From assembly GCA_002923315.1 (NCBI GenBank), contig BEHM01000017.1, positions 1,000 through 64,999 on the forward strand: DNA of 64,000 nucleotides. Reading direction: 5' to 3'. Under the pieces are notes generated by a model, which was not told where the DNA came from, made no database searches, and worked only from the letters and a program-made list of their open reading frames with translations. A program made the position numbers and the translations under genes. Positions 7,937 to 17,867 of the stretch are shown one piece after another (the stretch's first letter is position 1; every line of letters begins with the position of its first letter). This DNA is from a bacterium HR10 (GTDB taxonomy: Bacteria > Acidobacteriota > Blastocatellia > HR10).

Positions 7937-8929
7937 TCAGAAGGCCGCCACGAATCGCATCGGGATGTCCAGCACCGTTCGCAATCCGGGCGGCGCCTGC
8001 ATCACCAAAGGGATGGCGTTCACGACGACGGCGGCCGTCGCCAAATCGCCGGGCGTGCCCCCGGGAATCTGCAGGCCGATCTCCGGCGTCCCAAAGAGTC
8101 GGATCTCGTCCACGGGGTTCTTCGCCCCCACATACATGTGCAGATCGAGGTGGATGCGCTCCTCGCCGCGCGCGATTCCCCGAGCGATCTGGCGCACGCC
8201 GGCCACGTGTCCCTTCCGCACCCGGAGGTACTCGGTCGTCACGTCCTCCTCGGCGAGGATCGGCTCGATCGTCTCCGAGATCGCTTCCACCTCCATCCCC
8301 AATCCCTCGGCGATCAGCGCGACCGATTCCGGCAAGCCGACGTGCCGGATGCGCCCAGCATCCACCGCCTCGCGGAACTCTTCGACGGTCATTCCAGCCC
8401 CGATCTTCCGCTGCAGCGGGAGACGACGTTGCGAAGCATCCACGACGCGACGCACAAAGACGCGCTCGATGCGCTGGCAGACAGCCGCCAGCGTCAGCAC
8501 CAACTTATCCATCACGAACCCCGGATTCACTCCCGCCCCGAGCACGGCGACGCCAGCCGCCTTCGCCGCTTCGTCCAAACGACGGGAGAGCTCGGGATAT
8601 TTGCGGAAAGGATACGCCAGCTCCTCGCACGTCGAGACGACATGCGAGCCCGCGCGCACGCAGGCGAGCACCTGATCGAAGACCTGTTCGAAGGATGAGG
8701 ACGTGGAATGCACGACGACATCGGCCCTTTGGGCGAGCACCTCGTCCGCGCGATCGGAGATCGTGATTCCAAGAGGGCGACCGCCGATGACTTGGCCGAG
8801 ATCTCGCCCGACCTTCTCCGCCGCAATATCAATGGCGCCGATGATCATGACGCCCGCTCGCTCCAGGAGCGCGCGCACGATGGCGCTGCCGATCGGTCCC
8901 ACGCCGTATTGAATGATGCGCACAGGCAT
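7937..8929 (-). CDS. NAD(P)-dependent amine dehydrogenase, DapB-like / 2,4-diaminopentanoate dehydrogenase family
   Basis: Track ORF, 330 aa. N-terminal Rossmann motif MPVRIIQYGVGPIGSAIVRALLER. The assignment comes from overall resemblance to the Ord/DapB-like family and is not verified by search. Confidence 0.65.
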   Translation of the reverse strand: MPVRIIQYGVGPIGSAIVRALLERAGVMIIGAIDIAAEKVGRDLGQVIGGRPLGITISDRADEVLAQRADVVVHSTSSSFEQVFDQVLACVRAGSHVVSTCEELAYPFRKYPELSRRLDEAAKAAGVAVLGAGVNPGFVMDKLVLTLAAVCQRIERVFVRRVVDASQRRLPLQRKIGAGMTVEEFREAVDAGRIRHVGLPESVALIAEGLGMEVEAISETIEPILAEEDVTTEYLRVRKGHVAGVRQIARGIARGEERIHLDLHMYVGAKNPVDEIRLFGTPEIGLQIPGGTPGDLATAAVVVNAIPLVMQAPPGLRTVLDIPMRFVAAF

Positions 8930-8995
8930 AAGCTCCTCCTCTGAAAGGCTTCCGCTTCGACCTCTCTCGCGAGCATGACGACGGTCGGGAGACGC

Positions 8996-9973
8996 TCACG
9001 GGAGGGCCATCGCGGCGACGGCATCGCGAGCGAGCATGGCAGCGCCGATGATGCCGGCGTCCTGCCCGAGCGCGCTGCTGGTGAAGCGACATCGCTCGAA
9101 GATCACGCGCAGCGTATGCTTGCGCGCTTCCTTCCGAACGGCGTCGAGCAAGATCTCGCCGGCCAGCATGACCGGTCCGCCCAGACAGACCATCTCGACA
9201 TCGAGCAGGTTCAGGACGTTCGCGATCGCCATCCCGAAATATCGTCCCGTCTCCCGAAGCACGGTGCGCGCCAACTCATCGCCGTCGAGCGCTGCTTGGA
9301 CGATCAGCGGGACGGTCAAGGTTCCCTCCATTTGCGTGGCCAGGGGCGAGAGCGAGAACGCGGGATCGGAGAAGAGTCGCTCGCGCACGCGCCGCACGAT
9401 ATTGGGGCCGGACGCGATCGTCTCCAAGCAGCCGCGCCCTCCGCAGCCGCACTCGATCCCCCCCGGCTCGACTTTCACATGCCCGAACTCTCCGGCGAAC
9501 CCATGCGCCCCTCGCTGCAGGCGCCCGTCGAGGATGAGCGCCGCTCCGATGCCGGTTCCGATCGTCACGTAGAAGACGTCCCGAAGTCCCCGAGCGACGC
9601 CACAGGTCCATTCACCGTAAGCCGCGGCATTAGCCTCATTCTCGAAAACGAGCGGCACCCCGAGTGCCGCCCGAACCTCCCCGTAGACATCGCATCCTGT
9701 CACATCCACCAGGTGCGACGCCAGCTCGATACGCTGCGTCTGCCGGCCGACCAATCCCGGCCATCCGATCCCGATGGCCGCGATCCTCCCCCGCGCGATC
9801 TCGGAATCGCGCAACGCGCGAAGCACGGCGATCACTTGCATGAGGAACGCGCGCGGATCGGTCCGTTCGGCCAGGATGCGGCTCTGCAGCCACACGCGCC
9901 CGGTCTCATCCACGAGGGCGGCGCGAATCGTCCGCCCGATATCCACACCGATGAAGAACGGCGATTCCGACAC
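8996..9973 (-). CDS. ROK-family sugar kinase (glucokinase-like)
   Basis: Track ORF 8996..10186 trimmed to GTG 9973 (GAGGAG 4 nt upstream), giving VSESPFFIGVDIGRT. ROK zinc motif GHVKVEPGGIECGCGGRGCLE is present. Confidence 0.85.
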   Translation of the reverse strand: MSESPFFIGVDIGRTIRAALVDETGRVWLQSRILAERTDPRAFLMQVIAVLRALRDSEIARGRIAAIGIGWPGLVGRQTQRIELASHLVDVTGCDVYGEVRAALGVPLVFENEANAAAYGEWTCGVARGLRDVFYVTIGTGIGAALILDGRLQRGAHGFAGEFGHVKVEPGGIECGCGGRGCLETIASGPNIVRRVRERLFSDPAFSLSPLATQMEGTLTVPLIVQAALDGDELARTVLRETGRYFGMAIANVLNLLDVEMVCLGGPVMLAGEILLDAVRKEARKHTLRVIFERCRFTSSALGQDAGIIGAAMLARDAVAAMALP

Positions 9974-10010
9974 GCTGCTCCTCGTCCATGACGATCGCCG
10001 GGGATCACCG

Positions 10011-12047
10011 TCACGGCACCGATGACGATCCCGTGCGATCCCCATCCTCCGACGCGGGAGGACACGGAGCGGAGGTTTCAGGTGGGTGCCGCCGTCGGAT
10101 GCGCGCCAGCGCCCATCGCGCCTGAGCCCGCACGCCTTCGTCCTCGTCCCGCAAGCACTCCTGCAGCGCTGCGTGCGCCCGCGCATCCGCGATCTGTCCC
10201 AAGGCGGAGACCACCGCGAAGCGCACGTTCCGATCTTCGATCGCGAGCATCTCCAGAAGTCGCGGCACGGCCTCTCGATCGCGCAGCCGACCGAGCGCCA
10301 GTGCGATCTCGGCGACGACGAACCGATCCTCGCTCGTCAGCAGCTCGCGCAACACCGGGGCGATCGCCCCGTCGCCGATCAAGCCGAGCGTCTTCGCCGC
10401 GAAGCGCGCCGTCACGACATCGCCGGCATCCAGCGCCTCCGTCAACCGCTCGATCGTCGGGCCGACGGCTGCGCTCCCCTTGCGCACGAGCGCCTCGGAG
10501 GCCGCGGCTTTGACCCCGAGACTGGGATCCGCCAGAGCCTCCACGAGCGCGGGGATCGCGCGCGAATCGCGCGAGAACGCGAGCATACGCACGGCGTCCA
10601 TGCGAACGGCCTCGTCTTCGTCCCGCACCAACTCCAGCGGATTGACTGGCACCGCTCCGGCCGCCAAGCCCTCGATCACCTTCTGCGAGATGCGGTCCTG
10701 AAGCGCCAGGACGTCCTCCAGACGAGAATCAATCTTCTCGCTCCAGAGGATGTCGCCGCTGCGCGCGTCCAGCAGTTGCGCCGTCACCCGCAGGCGCTCG
10801 CCCGATCGGAAGAAGGCCCCCGTCAGCACGGCATCCACCTGGAGTTGTCTCCCAATGCGGCGCGGATCGCCGAGGCGATCCCCCTCACCCCCCAACCAAC
10901 TCGCCGGACGAACCGTCACCGTCCTGAATCTCGCCAGCTCGGTCGTCAAATGCTCCGCCAGAGAGCGCCCGTAGACCTCGTCCTCAGGATGACCGCTCAA
11001 GTTGCGGAAGGGGAGGATGGCGAGCGCGCGCCGAGGCCCTTCGATGAGCGAGAAGTCCATGCTCGCCGAAGCGCGCGCTTCGCCGGAGAGGGTCCGCTCT
11101 CGACGCCTCAGGCCGACGAGGGCTCGCATCTTCCGCCACACGGCCTGAAGACGCGCGGGCCGACTCGCCGGGATGAACGGCGTCATCACGCCATCAGGCA
11201 CGCGCGCGATGAGTCCGACATCGGCGGCCACCTGCTTCAACTCCGCGAGCAGATCGGTCATGGTCTGATACCGATCGCTCGGGTCTTTCTCAATCGCGCG
11301 CTCGATGAGGGCTGCCAGACGAGGGGGGATGCGCGGATTCAGATCGCGAACGGGTCGCGCGCGCTCGTGAATGACGGCGTGCATCGTCTCGACGCGGCTC
11401 TCGCCCTTGAAGGGCACGCGCCCGGTCGCCATCTCATAGAGCACCACGCCGAAGGAGAAGATGTCGCTCCGATGATCCACGCGCTCGCCCCGCGCCTGCT
11501 CGGGCGACATATAGGAAGGCGTTCCCAGCGTCGCGCCAGCCTGCGTCAGATCCGCCGTTTCCGCCGCGCGCGATCTCTCGACGAGCTTCGCCAATCCGAA
11601 ATCGAGCACCTTGACCTGCCCGCGCTCCGTCACCATGATATTGGCCGATTTGATGTCCCGATGGACGATGCCCCGCGCATGAGCCGTCGCCACCGCATCT
11701 GCCGCCTGCAGGGCGATGGAGAGCAACCCCTCCAGCCGAAGGGGACGCCCGTTGATGATCCGCTTCAACGTCTTCCCCTCGACGTACTGCATCACGATGA
11801 ACGAATACCCATCGGCCTCCTCGATCCCGTAGATCGTGCAGATATTCGGGTGATCCAAGGCCGAGGCCAAGCGCGCTTCGCGCCAGAAGCGACGCCGAGC
11901 ATCCGCATCCGCCATGAGATCGGGTGAGAGGACTTTCACCACGACGGTCCGATCCAGCGCCAGATCGCGCGCCTTGTAGACCGTCCCCATGCCGCCATGT
12001 CCGAGCTCCTCCAGGAGCTTATAATGCCCGAGTGTCCTTCCGATCAT
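10011..12047 (-). CDS. Ser/Thr protein kinase with a TolB-N-like middle domain and C-terminal HEAT repeats
   Basis: Track ORF 10011..12431 trimmed to [26 protein letters not shown] (ATG 12047; ATG 12068 is also possible). Kinase motifs [10 protein letters not shown] and DFGLAK. C-terminal repeats [13 protein letters not shown] / [12 protein letters not shown] / [13 protein letters not shown]. Confidence 0.85.
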   Translation of the reverse strand: MIGRTLGHYKLLEELGHGGMGTVYKARDLALDRTVVVKVLSPDLMADADARRRFWREARLASALDHPNICTIYGIEEADGYSFIVMQYVEGKTLKRIINGRPLRLEGLLSIALQAADAVATAHARGIVHRDIKSANIMVTERGQVKVLDFGLAKLVERSRAAETADLTQAGATLGTPSYMSPEQARGERVDHRSDIFSFGVVLYEMATGRVPFKGESRVETMHAVIHERARPVRDLNPRIPPRLAALIERAIEKDPSDRYQTMTDLLAELKQVAADVGLIARVPDGVMTPFIPASRPARLQAVWRKMRALVGLRRRERTLSGEARASASMDFSLIEGPRRALAILPFRNLSGHPEDEVYGRSLAEHLTTELARFRTVTVRPASWLGGEGDRLGDPRRIGRQLQVDAVLTGAFFRSGERLRVTAQLLDARSGDILWSEKIDSRLEDVLALQDRISQKVIEGLAAGAVPVNPLELVRDEDEAVRMDAVRMLAFSRDSRAIPALVEALADPSLGVKAAASEALVRKGSAAVGPTIERLTEALDAGDVVTARFAAKTLGLIGDGAIAPVLRELLTSEDRFVVAEIALALGRLRDREAVPRLLEMLAIEDRNVRFAVVSALGQIADARAHAALQECLRDEDEGVRAQARWALARIRRRHPPETSAPCPPASEDGDRTGSSSVP

Positions 12048-12079
12048 CCCCCTCACAGCGCTCCGCATCCTCCCGCCTA

Positions 12080-12109
12080 ATTGTAGGGGGGGCGCCCGAG
12101 GATGAGCAA
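12080..12109 (-). promoter_or_regulatory. Promoter candidate for the kinase gene: TTGCTC-18-TACAAT
   Basis: Minus strand reads gaagTTGCTCatcctcgggcgcccccccTACAATtaggcgggagg. Confidence 0.4.
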
Positions 12110-12128
12110 CTTCTGAGCGAGGACTTCC

Positions 12129-12157
12129 TTGCCCCCTGCGCGCGCCGATCTTAAGAT
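12129..12157 (+). promoter_or_regulatory. Promoter candidate for the oxidoreductase gene: TTGCCC-17-TAAGAT
   Basis: ccTTGCCCcctgcgcgcgccgatctTAAGATtctc is followed by an AAGGAGGGGG Shine-Dalgarno sequence before ATG 12190. Confidence 0.4.
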
Positions 12158-12189
12158 TCTCACGGATCGCTCGCACAAGGAGGGGGATC

Positions 12190-13092
12190 ATGCGCGACAT
12201 CGGCTTCATCGGTTTGGGCATCATGGGGCGTCCGATGGCCGAACGACTCTTGGACGCCGGATATGTGCTGACGGTCTTCAATCGCACGCCGCAGAAAGCG
12301 GAACCGCTGCGCGCCCGAGGAGCCCGGTGGGCGGACTCCCCCAAAGAGGTCGCGCGCCGGAGCGAACTCCTCATCACGATGATCGCCGATTCCGAAGCCC
12401 TGGAGGAGATCGCGCGCGGCCCAGAGGGCATCCTGCAGGGGATTCGTCCCGCCGCGATTCACGTGGATATGAGCACGGTCTCGCCGGAGACGACCGAACG
12501 CTTGGAGCGCGCTTATCGCGAGCGTGAGGCGGCCTTCCTCCATGCGCCGGTGCTGGGGAATTGGCGACATGCCGCCGAAGGAAAGCTTTTGATCTTCGTC
12601 GGTGGAGATCCCCAGGCCTACCAGCGGTGCGAGCCCGTCTTGCGCGTGCTCGGACACCGGATCTGGTACTTCGAACGGATCGTGCAGGCGACGCACATGA
12701 AGCTCATCGCCAATTCGTTCATCGCCGGCATGATCCTCACGCTCGCTCAAGCGTTCGTCTTTGGCCGCCGCGTCGGCATCTCGCCTGACTGCCTTCTCGA
12801 AGTCCTGGAGGCCTCGGCCTTGAACGCCCCGATGTATCAATCGAAGGGGCGAACGATGCGGGAGCGGGACTTTCGCCCGAATTTCTACGCGCGACATATG
12901 TTGAAGGATGTGGACCTGGCGCTCGAAGCCGCTCGGCGCGCGAACGTCCCGCTGCCCGTCCTGAGCGTCATCCGCGAGCTCTTCATCAGCACGGTGGCCC
13001 GAGGCTTCGGCGAGGAGGATTACTCGGCCGTCCTCAAGGTCCTTGAGGAGATGGCCGGCGTGACGCCACAAGAGCAAACGCTCCAGGGGTGA
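12190..13092 (+). CDS. NAD(P)-dependent beta-hydroxyacid dehydrogenase (3-hydroxyisobutyrate / semialdehyde reductase family)
   Basis: Track ORF, 300 aa. [33 protein letters not shown] dinucleotide fold. Confidence 0.85.
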   Translation: MRDIGFIGLGIMGRPMAERLLDAGYVLTVFNRTPQKAEPLRARGARWADSPKEVARRSELLITMIADSEALEEIARGPEGILQGIRPAAIHVDMSTVSPETTERLERAYREREAAFLHAPVLGNWRHAAEGKLLIFVGGDPQAYQRCEPVLRVLGHRIWYFERIVQATHMKLIANSFIAGMILTLAQAFVFGRRVGISPDCLLEVLEASALNAPMYQSKGRTMRERDFRPNFYARHMLKDVDLALEAARRANVPLPVLSVIRELFISTVARGFGEEDYSAVLKVLEEMAGVTPQEQTLQG

Positions 13093-13100
13093 GCTCGCCT

Positions 13101-14030
13101 ATGGCGCGCATCTGTGCCGTGTGCGGAGATGACCGCTTCGCGCCGTTTCTGGAGAAGAACGGGTACATGATCGTGCGTTGCTCGGCGTGCTCCTTTCTCT
13201 TCGTTCATCCACCACCGACGCCCGACGCTCTTCGGACGCTCTACACCGATCCCTCGTATTTTCGCGGTGCCGGACCTTTCGGCTACGCGGACTACGCGGC
13301 CTTGCGCCCCGTGTGGGAAGCACAAGCGCGCGAGCGCCTGGCGGTGATCGAACGCTACGTGAAGCCGGGGGCACTCCTCGATGTCGGATGCGCGACGGGC
13401 ATCTTCCTCCGGATCGCGCAAGAGCGGGGGTGGATCGTCTCGGGCATCGAGATCGCGCCGGAGGCGGCGCGCGAGGCCGAGCGTCTCACGGGGCGACCGA
13501 TCATCGCCTCGCCCGCTCCCCTTCTCCGCGAAGGGCGCACATTCGACGTCATCACCCTGTGGGAATATCTCGAACACATTCCCGATCCGCGCGCCGAGCT
13601 GCGACGGCTGAACCGGCTCCTGCGTCCGGGCGGACTCCTGGCGCTCTCGACGCCGAATGCCGGACATCGCACCGTCTCTCGCGCTCCGGCCCGCTGGACG
13701 GAATTCAAACCGCCGGAACATGTGAGCTTCTTCACCGCGCGGACGCTCACGCGCTTGCTCACCGCGTGCGGGTTCCACGTGCTGCGCGTGCGCCCGATCG
13801 CTCCCGACTATCGCGCGCCGGACCATATTGAGCATGGACTCGCGCATCTGCGCGAGCGCCTGGGGGATCGCCATGATCGGCGAACGCCGCTGTGGTTCCT
13901 CTTCTCGATCGCCCGACGCCTCGTGCGCTGGACGCTCATCGCCCACCACAAGCTCTTTCTCTCGCCCCTGGACTACGCCGCGGGCCTTGAGGTCTACGCG
14001 CGCAAGGCGCGCGAGCTGACCGAAGAGTAG
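13101..14030 (+). CDS. Class I SAM-dependent methyltransferase with N-terminal Cys4 zinc ribbon
   Basis: MARICAVCGDDRF...VRCSACSFLF followed by SAM motif I LLDVGCATGIF. Start moved from GTG 13089 to ATG 13101. Confidence 0.8.
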   Translation: MARICAVCGDDRFAPFLEKNGYMIVRCSACSFLFVHPPPTPDALRTLYTDPSYFRGAGPFGYADYAALRPVWEAQARERLAVIERYVKPGALLDVGCATGIFLRIAQERGWIVSGIEIAPEAAREAERLTGRPIIASPAPLLREGRTFDVITLWEYLEHIPDPRAELRRLNRLLRPGGLLALSTPNAGHRTVSRAPARWTEFKPPEHVSFFTARTLTRLLTACGFHVLRVRPIAPDYRAPDHIEHGLAHLRERLGDRHDRRTPLWFLFSIARRLVRWTLIAHHKLFLSPLDYAAGLEVYARKARELTEE

Positions 14031-14062
14031 TGACGTCTCACGAGGCGATGGCCTCGCGCACC

Positions 14063-15208
14063 ATGAGGGGACAAGAACGAAAGCCGAGGCTCATGTACAT
14101 CCTGGAGAGCCGCAGCTGGGGCGGCGCGGAAGCCTACGTGCGCCACCTCATCGAGGGCTTGGAGCGCGAGGCGTGGGCCGTGAGCCTGGTCTGCCCGCAG
14201 ACGGAGGCGCTGGCGCCGCTCCTGGAGTGGGCGCGCCGCGTCGGCGTGCGCCTGCACCGGTTGCCCGGCGAGCGCCCTCAGCACGTGCCCGCCCTGGTCC
14301 GGTTCTTCCGACGCCATCGGCCGGACCTTGTCCATTTCAATCTGCATCACCCGTTCGCCTGTCGGTACGCCATCCTGGCGGCCGCGCTGGCGGGCGTTCC
14401 CGCGCGAATCGCGACGAATCATCTGCCCACGCTGCCTCCGACCGCCTACACGTGGAAGGGACGTCTCGCCCTCCGACTCGCCTATCGGTACGTGCACCGC
14501 ATGCTCGTGGATTCGGAGACGAATCGGCAGCGAGCGCTCGCGCAATATCCCATCGCCCCGGAGAAGCTCTCGGTCGTCCCGCACGGCATTCGCCTTGAGG
14601 ACTTCCCCTGTGAGGGAACGCGCGCCTCGGTCGCGGAGGAATTCGGGTTGAACATCCGCGCGCCTATTGTGGGGACGGTGGGTCGGCTCTCGCCGCAGAA
14701 AGCGACCGAAGACTTCATCGAAGCGGCGGCGAGCCTACACCGGCGCTTTCCCCAGGCGCAGTTTCTCATCGTCGGCGATGGAGAGCGCCGCGCCGCATTG
14801 GAACGGCTGGTCGAAGCGCGGGGGCTGTGCGCGAGCGTGCGCTTCACCGGATATCGCGAGGACGTGCCGCGCCTTCTGGCGGCCATGGACGTCTTCGTCC
14901 TCTCGTCGCTCTACGAAGGGATGCCGTTCTCGGTCCTGGAGGCGATGGCAGCTGCACGCCCGGTCGTGGCCACGCGCGTGGATGGCGTACCGGAAGTCGT
15001 GGTGGATGGGGAGACCGGCCTCTTGGTCTCTCCGCGCGCGCCTGAGCAACTGGCTGAGGCTATCGCCGCCCTCCTCGCCCATCCGGAGCGCGCCCGTGAG
15101 ATGGGACGACGGGGCCGCGAGCGCGTGCGCCGGCACTTCTCCCGCGAGCGCATGGTTGAGGCGATCACGAACCTCTATCGCGCGATGATCGCGCAAAAGA
15201 TCGGGTGA
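14063..15208 (+). CDS. Glycosyltransferase family 4
   Basis: Track ORF 14030..15208. GT-B C-terminal E-x7-E region SSLYEGMPFSVLEAMAAARPVVAT. The start is uncertain, with in-frame ATGs at 14048, 14063 and 14093. Confidence 0.8.
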   Translation: MRGQERKPRLMYILESRSWGGAEAYVRHLIEGLEREAWAVSLVCPQTEALAPLLEWARRVGVRLHRLPGERPQHVPALVRFFRRHRPDLVHFNLHHPFACRYAILAAALAGVPARIATNHLPTLPPTAYTWKGRLALRLAYRYVHRMLVDSETNRQRALAQYPIAPEKLSVVPHGIRLEDFPCEGTRASVAEEFGLNIRAPIVGTVGRLSPQKATEDFIEAAASLHRRFPQAQFLIVGDGERRAALERLVEARGLCASVRFTGYREDVPRLLAAMDVFVLSSLYEGMPFSVLEAMAAARPVVATRVDGVPEVVVDGETGLLVSPRAPEQLAEAIAALLAHPERAREMGRRGRERVRRHFSRERMVEAITNLYRAMIAQKIG

Positions 15209-15274
15209 CCATGGCGCAGCGCCTGCTCCCGACCTGTTTGCGCGCCTCCTGAGCGACTGAATATAATCACGCTC

Positions 15275-16870
15275 GTGACCGGCCTCGCGCAGGCTCCAGA
15301 CGCGAGATCGTCCGAGGAGAGGCGGTCGGAACGCGCCGTCTCGCGACTCGCGCTCCTGCCGCTGGCTCAAGGACTGCTGGGACTCACCGATGCCATGCTC
15401 GCCTGGGGGACGTTCCTCATCGCCTACCGGCTGCGCTACATCCCGTGGCCGCCGGCGGTGAGCGACCTCCTCGCTCTCCTGCATCCGCGCGAGCTGGCGG
15501 GGACGCTCGCGCTCGAGGCGTTTCGCCCCTATCTGGAATTGTGTGTGCTCGCTCCGGTCCCGCTGATCCTCTGGCTGCGATCAGGGCGGCTCTACGCGCT
15601 CAAAGGGGAGTTCTCGTGGCTCGACGATGTCTTCGGCGCCCTGCGAGCGACGACGATGACTTCGCTCGTCCTCATCGTCGTCGCTTTCATGTACCGGGGC
15701 ATCTTCGAATTCCGCGAGTTCTCGTACTCGCGCGGCATCTTCCTCCTGCACTGGGGACTGCTCACGCTCGCCGTACTCGGCGTGCGCGGGATCGTGCGCC
15801 ACCTGCAAATCCTCGCGCGACGACGTGGCCGCAATCTCATCCCGGCGGTGATCGTGGGCGAGGGCGAGCTGACCGATCTCTGCCTCTCCGAGATGCGCGC
15901 GAAGCCGCAGCTCGGGTATCACATCGTGGGCGTGCTCTCCACAACCCCGCGCGCGGAGCGCGCATCGGCGCCCTCCTCGTCGTGCCTGGGGCACGTCGAG
16001 GACCTGCCGGAGATCGTCCGCCGATTCCGCATCGAACAGGTCTTCATCACCGACCCGAAGATGAACCCGGACGTGCTCTTTGAGACGATCCTGCGCTGCT
16101 GGCGCGTGAGCCGCGTCGCCTTCAGCCTCGTGCCCAATCTCCTGAGCTGCCTCCCCAGGAAGACCGAGCTGGAGCAGATCGGCGCGCTCCCGATGATCAA
16201 GCTCTTTCAGGATCCCTTGCGGGGCCCGAACCGCTATCTCAAACGCGCCTTCGATGTGACCCTCTCGCTGTTGGCGCTGGTCCTCCTGAGCCCCCTGCTC
16301 TTGCTCATCGCAGTGCTCATCAAGCTCGATTCGCGCGGCCCCGTCCTCTTTCGTCAGGAGCGCGTCGGCATGGACGGGCGCTTGTTCACCCTCTACAAAT
16401 TCCGCACGATGCGCGCCGATGCTGACGAACAGCCGCATCGGGAGGTCATGGCGCACCTGATTCGCGGCGCGCTTCAGGTGACAGGATCTCGAACAGGGCG
16501 GGAGCGCTCTTCACCCCTCTACGGGAAAGTCCCGAATGATCGGCGGATCACCCGCTTGGGGCGATGGCTGCGCCGCTGGAGCCTCGATGAACTGCCGCAG
16601 CTCTTCAACGTCCTCAAGGGAGAGATGAGTTTGGTCGGACCGCGCCCGCCTATCCCGTACGAGGTCGAGCACTACTCGAATTGGCACCGGAAGCGGCTCG
16701 ACGTGAAGCCGGGGATCACCGGACTCTGGCAAGTGAGCGGGCGCAATCGTCTCCCCTTCGAGCGTATGGTGGAGCTGGATCTCTACTACATCGAGCACTG
16801 GTCGCTCTGGCTCGATGTGAAGATTCTCCTCAAAACGATCCCCGCTGTTCTTCGGGGCGAGACGGAGTGA
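15275..16870 (+). CDS. Polyprenyl-phosphate glycosyl-1-phosphate transferase (WbaP/EpsE-like initiating sugar transferase)
   Basis: Track ORF, 531 aa. N-terminal TM spans and a C-terminal bacterial sugar-transferase domain ([22 protein letters not shown]...[21 protein letters not shown]...[12 protein letters not shown]). Confidence 0.85.
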   Translation: MTGLAQAPDARSSEERRSERAVSRLALLPLAQGLLGLTDAMLAWGTFLIAYRLRYIPWPPAVSDLLALLHPRELAGTLALEAFRPYLELCVLAPVPLILWLRSGRLYALKGEFSWLDDVFGALRATTMTSLVLIVVAFMYRGIFEFREFSYSRGIFLLHWGLLTLAVLGVRGIVRHLQILARRRGRNLIPAVIVGEGELTDLCLSEMRAKPQLGYHIVGVLSTTPRAERASAPSSSCLGHVEDLPEIVRRFRIEQVFITDPKMNPDVLFETILRCWRVSRVAFSLVPNLLSCLPRKTELEQIGALPMIKLFQDPLRGPNRYLKRAFDVTLSLLALVLLSPLLLLIAVLIKLDSRGPVLFRQERVGMDGRLFTLYKFRTMRADADEQPHREVMAHLIRGALQVTGSRTGRERSSPLYGKVPNDRRITRLGRWLRRWSLDELPQLFNVLKGEMSLVGPRPPIPYEVEHYSNWHRKRLDVKPGITGLWQVSGRNRLPFERMVELDLYYIEHWSLWLDVKILLKTIPAVLRGETE

Positions 16871-16939
16871 CCCTCCCCGCGAGATGCCCCGGCCGAGCTG
16901 ATGGGACGACCGGCGCGCCGAATCGAGGCGCGGGGAGGG
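16871..16939. repeat. 11-bp perfect inverted repeat (CCCTCCCCGCG / CGCGGGGAGGG) flanking 47 nt, directly after the sugar-transferase stop
   Basis: Read directly: arms at 16871-16881 and 16929-16939. Possible terminator or structured element, with no U-tract. Confidence 0.3.
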
Positions 16940-16986
16940 GACGTCGCCGAATGCAGGGCTGATCACTCCTTTCTGTGCTATCATTC

Positions 16987-17060
16987 CTCAGTGCGCTCGA
17001 CGCGGATTTCGATCGCACCGCGCGCGGGCGGATGACGCCGGAGCACGCATCGGGAGGACG
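16987..17060 (+). pseudogene. Decayed 3' fragment of a vapC (PIN) paralog
   Basis: 17002-17045 matches 17729-17772 (the vapC 3' end) at 43 of 44 nt. It translates as ..SALDADFDRTARGRMTPEH.. versus VapC ..VSFDADFDRTARGRMTPEQ... There is no N-terminal PIN domain, and an in-frame stop at 16960-16962 lies just upstream. Confidence 0.7.
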
Positions 17061-17148
17061 AAGGGGGCGGGCCTTAAGGGCGCTGCTGCCACCGCGCGTG
17101 TGACGGCCGGCGCACAAGTTCATGCGCCTCTCATTGGAGGAGATGGCG

Positions 17149-17400
17149 ATGGCATCAACTCCGACAAGATCTCTCGAGGACTTGATCCGTCAGCTCCCAG
17201 AGGAGCTGCGCCAAGAGGTACGGGACTTCGTGGAATTTCTGATGAGCAAACGGCGAGCCCCTCAGCAGCCTCACGGCCGGCTCACGATGGCGTGGGCCGG
17301 TGGACTGCGAGAGTATCGCGACAGGTTCACCAGCATGGAGCTCCAGCAGAAGGCATCGGAGTGGTGGGCGCAGGACGTCCGCGATGAAATATCTCGTTGA
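17149..17400 (+). CDS. Type II antitoxin (DUF2281-like, VapB role)
   Basis: Track ORF 17122..17400. Preferred start is ATG 17149 (GGAGGAG 6 nt upstream). Contains the LPEELRQEVRDFVEFLMSKR motif and overlaps the vapC start by 17 nt. Confidence 0.7.
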   Translation: MASTPTRSLEDLIRQLPEELRQEVRDFVEFLMSKRRAPQQPHGRLTMAWAGGLREYRDRFTSMELQQKASEWWAQDVRDEISR

Positions 17401-17800
17401 CACCAACATCTGGCTCGAACTCTTGCTGGAGCAGGATCGCGCTGAAGCTGTGCGCTCATTCCTGGGACGATGCGCGGGGCCGGATCTGGCCCTGACCGAA
17501 TTCTCACTCTACTCCATCGGGCTCGTCATCACGCGGCTGGGACAGAAGGCGCTCTTTGCGAGTTTCGTTGAGGATCTGTTCATCATGGCCGGTGTGAGGC
17601 GAATCATCTTGGAAGCCGAGCACCTGATTCGGATCCCGGACACGATGTCTCGCTTTCAATTGGATTTCGACGATGCCTATCAATACGTCGCGGCAGAGAC
17701 GCACGATCTGGTGCTCGTGAGCTTCGATGCGGATTTTGATCGCACCGCGCGCGGGCGGATGACGCCGGAGCAAGCGCTGGAGCACCTCGCGGGAGGATGA
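17384..17800 (+). CDS. vapC: PIN-domain ribonuclease toxin VapC
   Basis: MKYLVDTNIWLELLL... (first acidic PIN residue in LVDTN) and ...DFDDAYQYVAAE.. acidic residues. Track ORF 17300..17800 trimmed to ATG 17384. Confidence 0.85.
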   Translation: MKYLVDTNIWLELLLEQDRAEAVRSFLGRCAGPDLALTEFSLYSIGLVITRLGQKALFASFVEDLFIMAGVRRIILEAEHLIRIPDTMSRFQLDFDDAYQYVAAETHDLVLVSFDADFDRTARGRMTPEQALEHLAGG

Positions 17801-17867
17801 ACAGGGCCTGCCCCATGGCGCTCCCTGAAGGCGAAGAGGCGTCTCGTCCCCGCTTGCGCGAACTCGC

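Noticed and set aside
10086-11927. 613-aa plus-strand ORF
   Set aside because: Antisense to the Ser/Thr kinase gene, which has complete kinase motifs. No motifs are present in the shadow frame.
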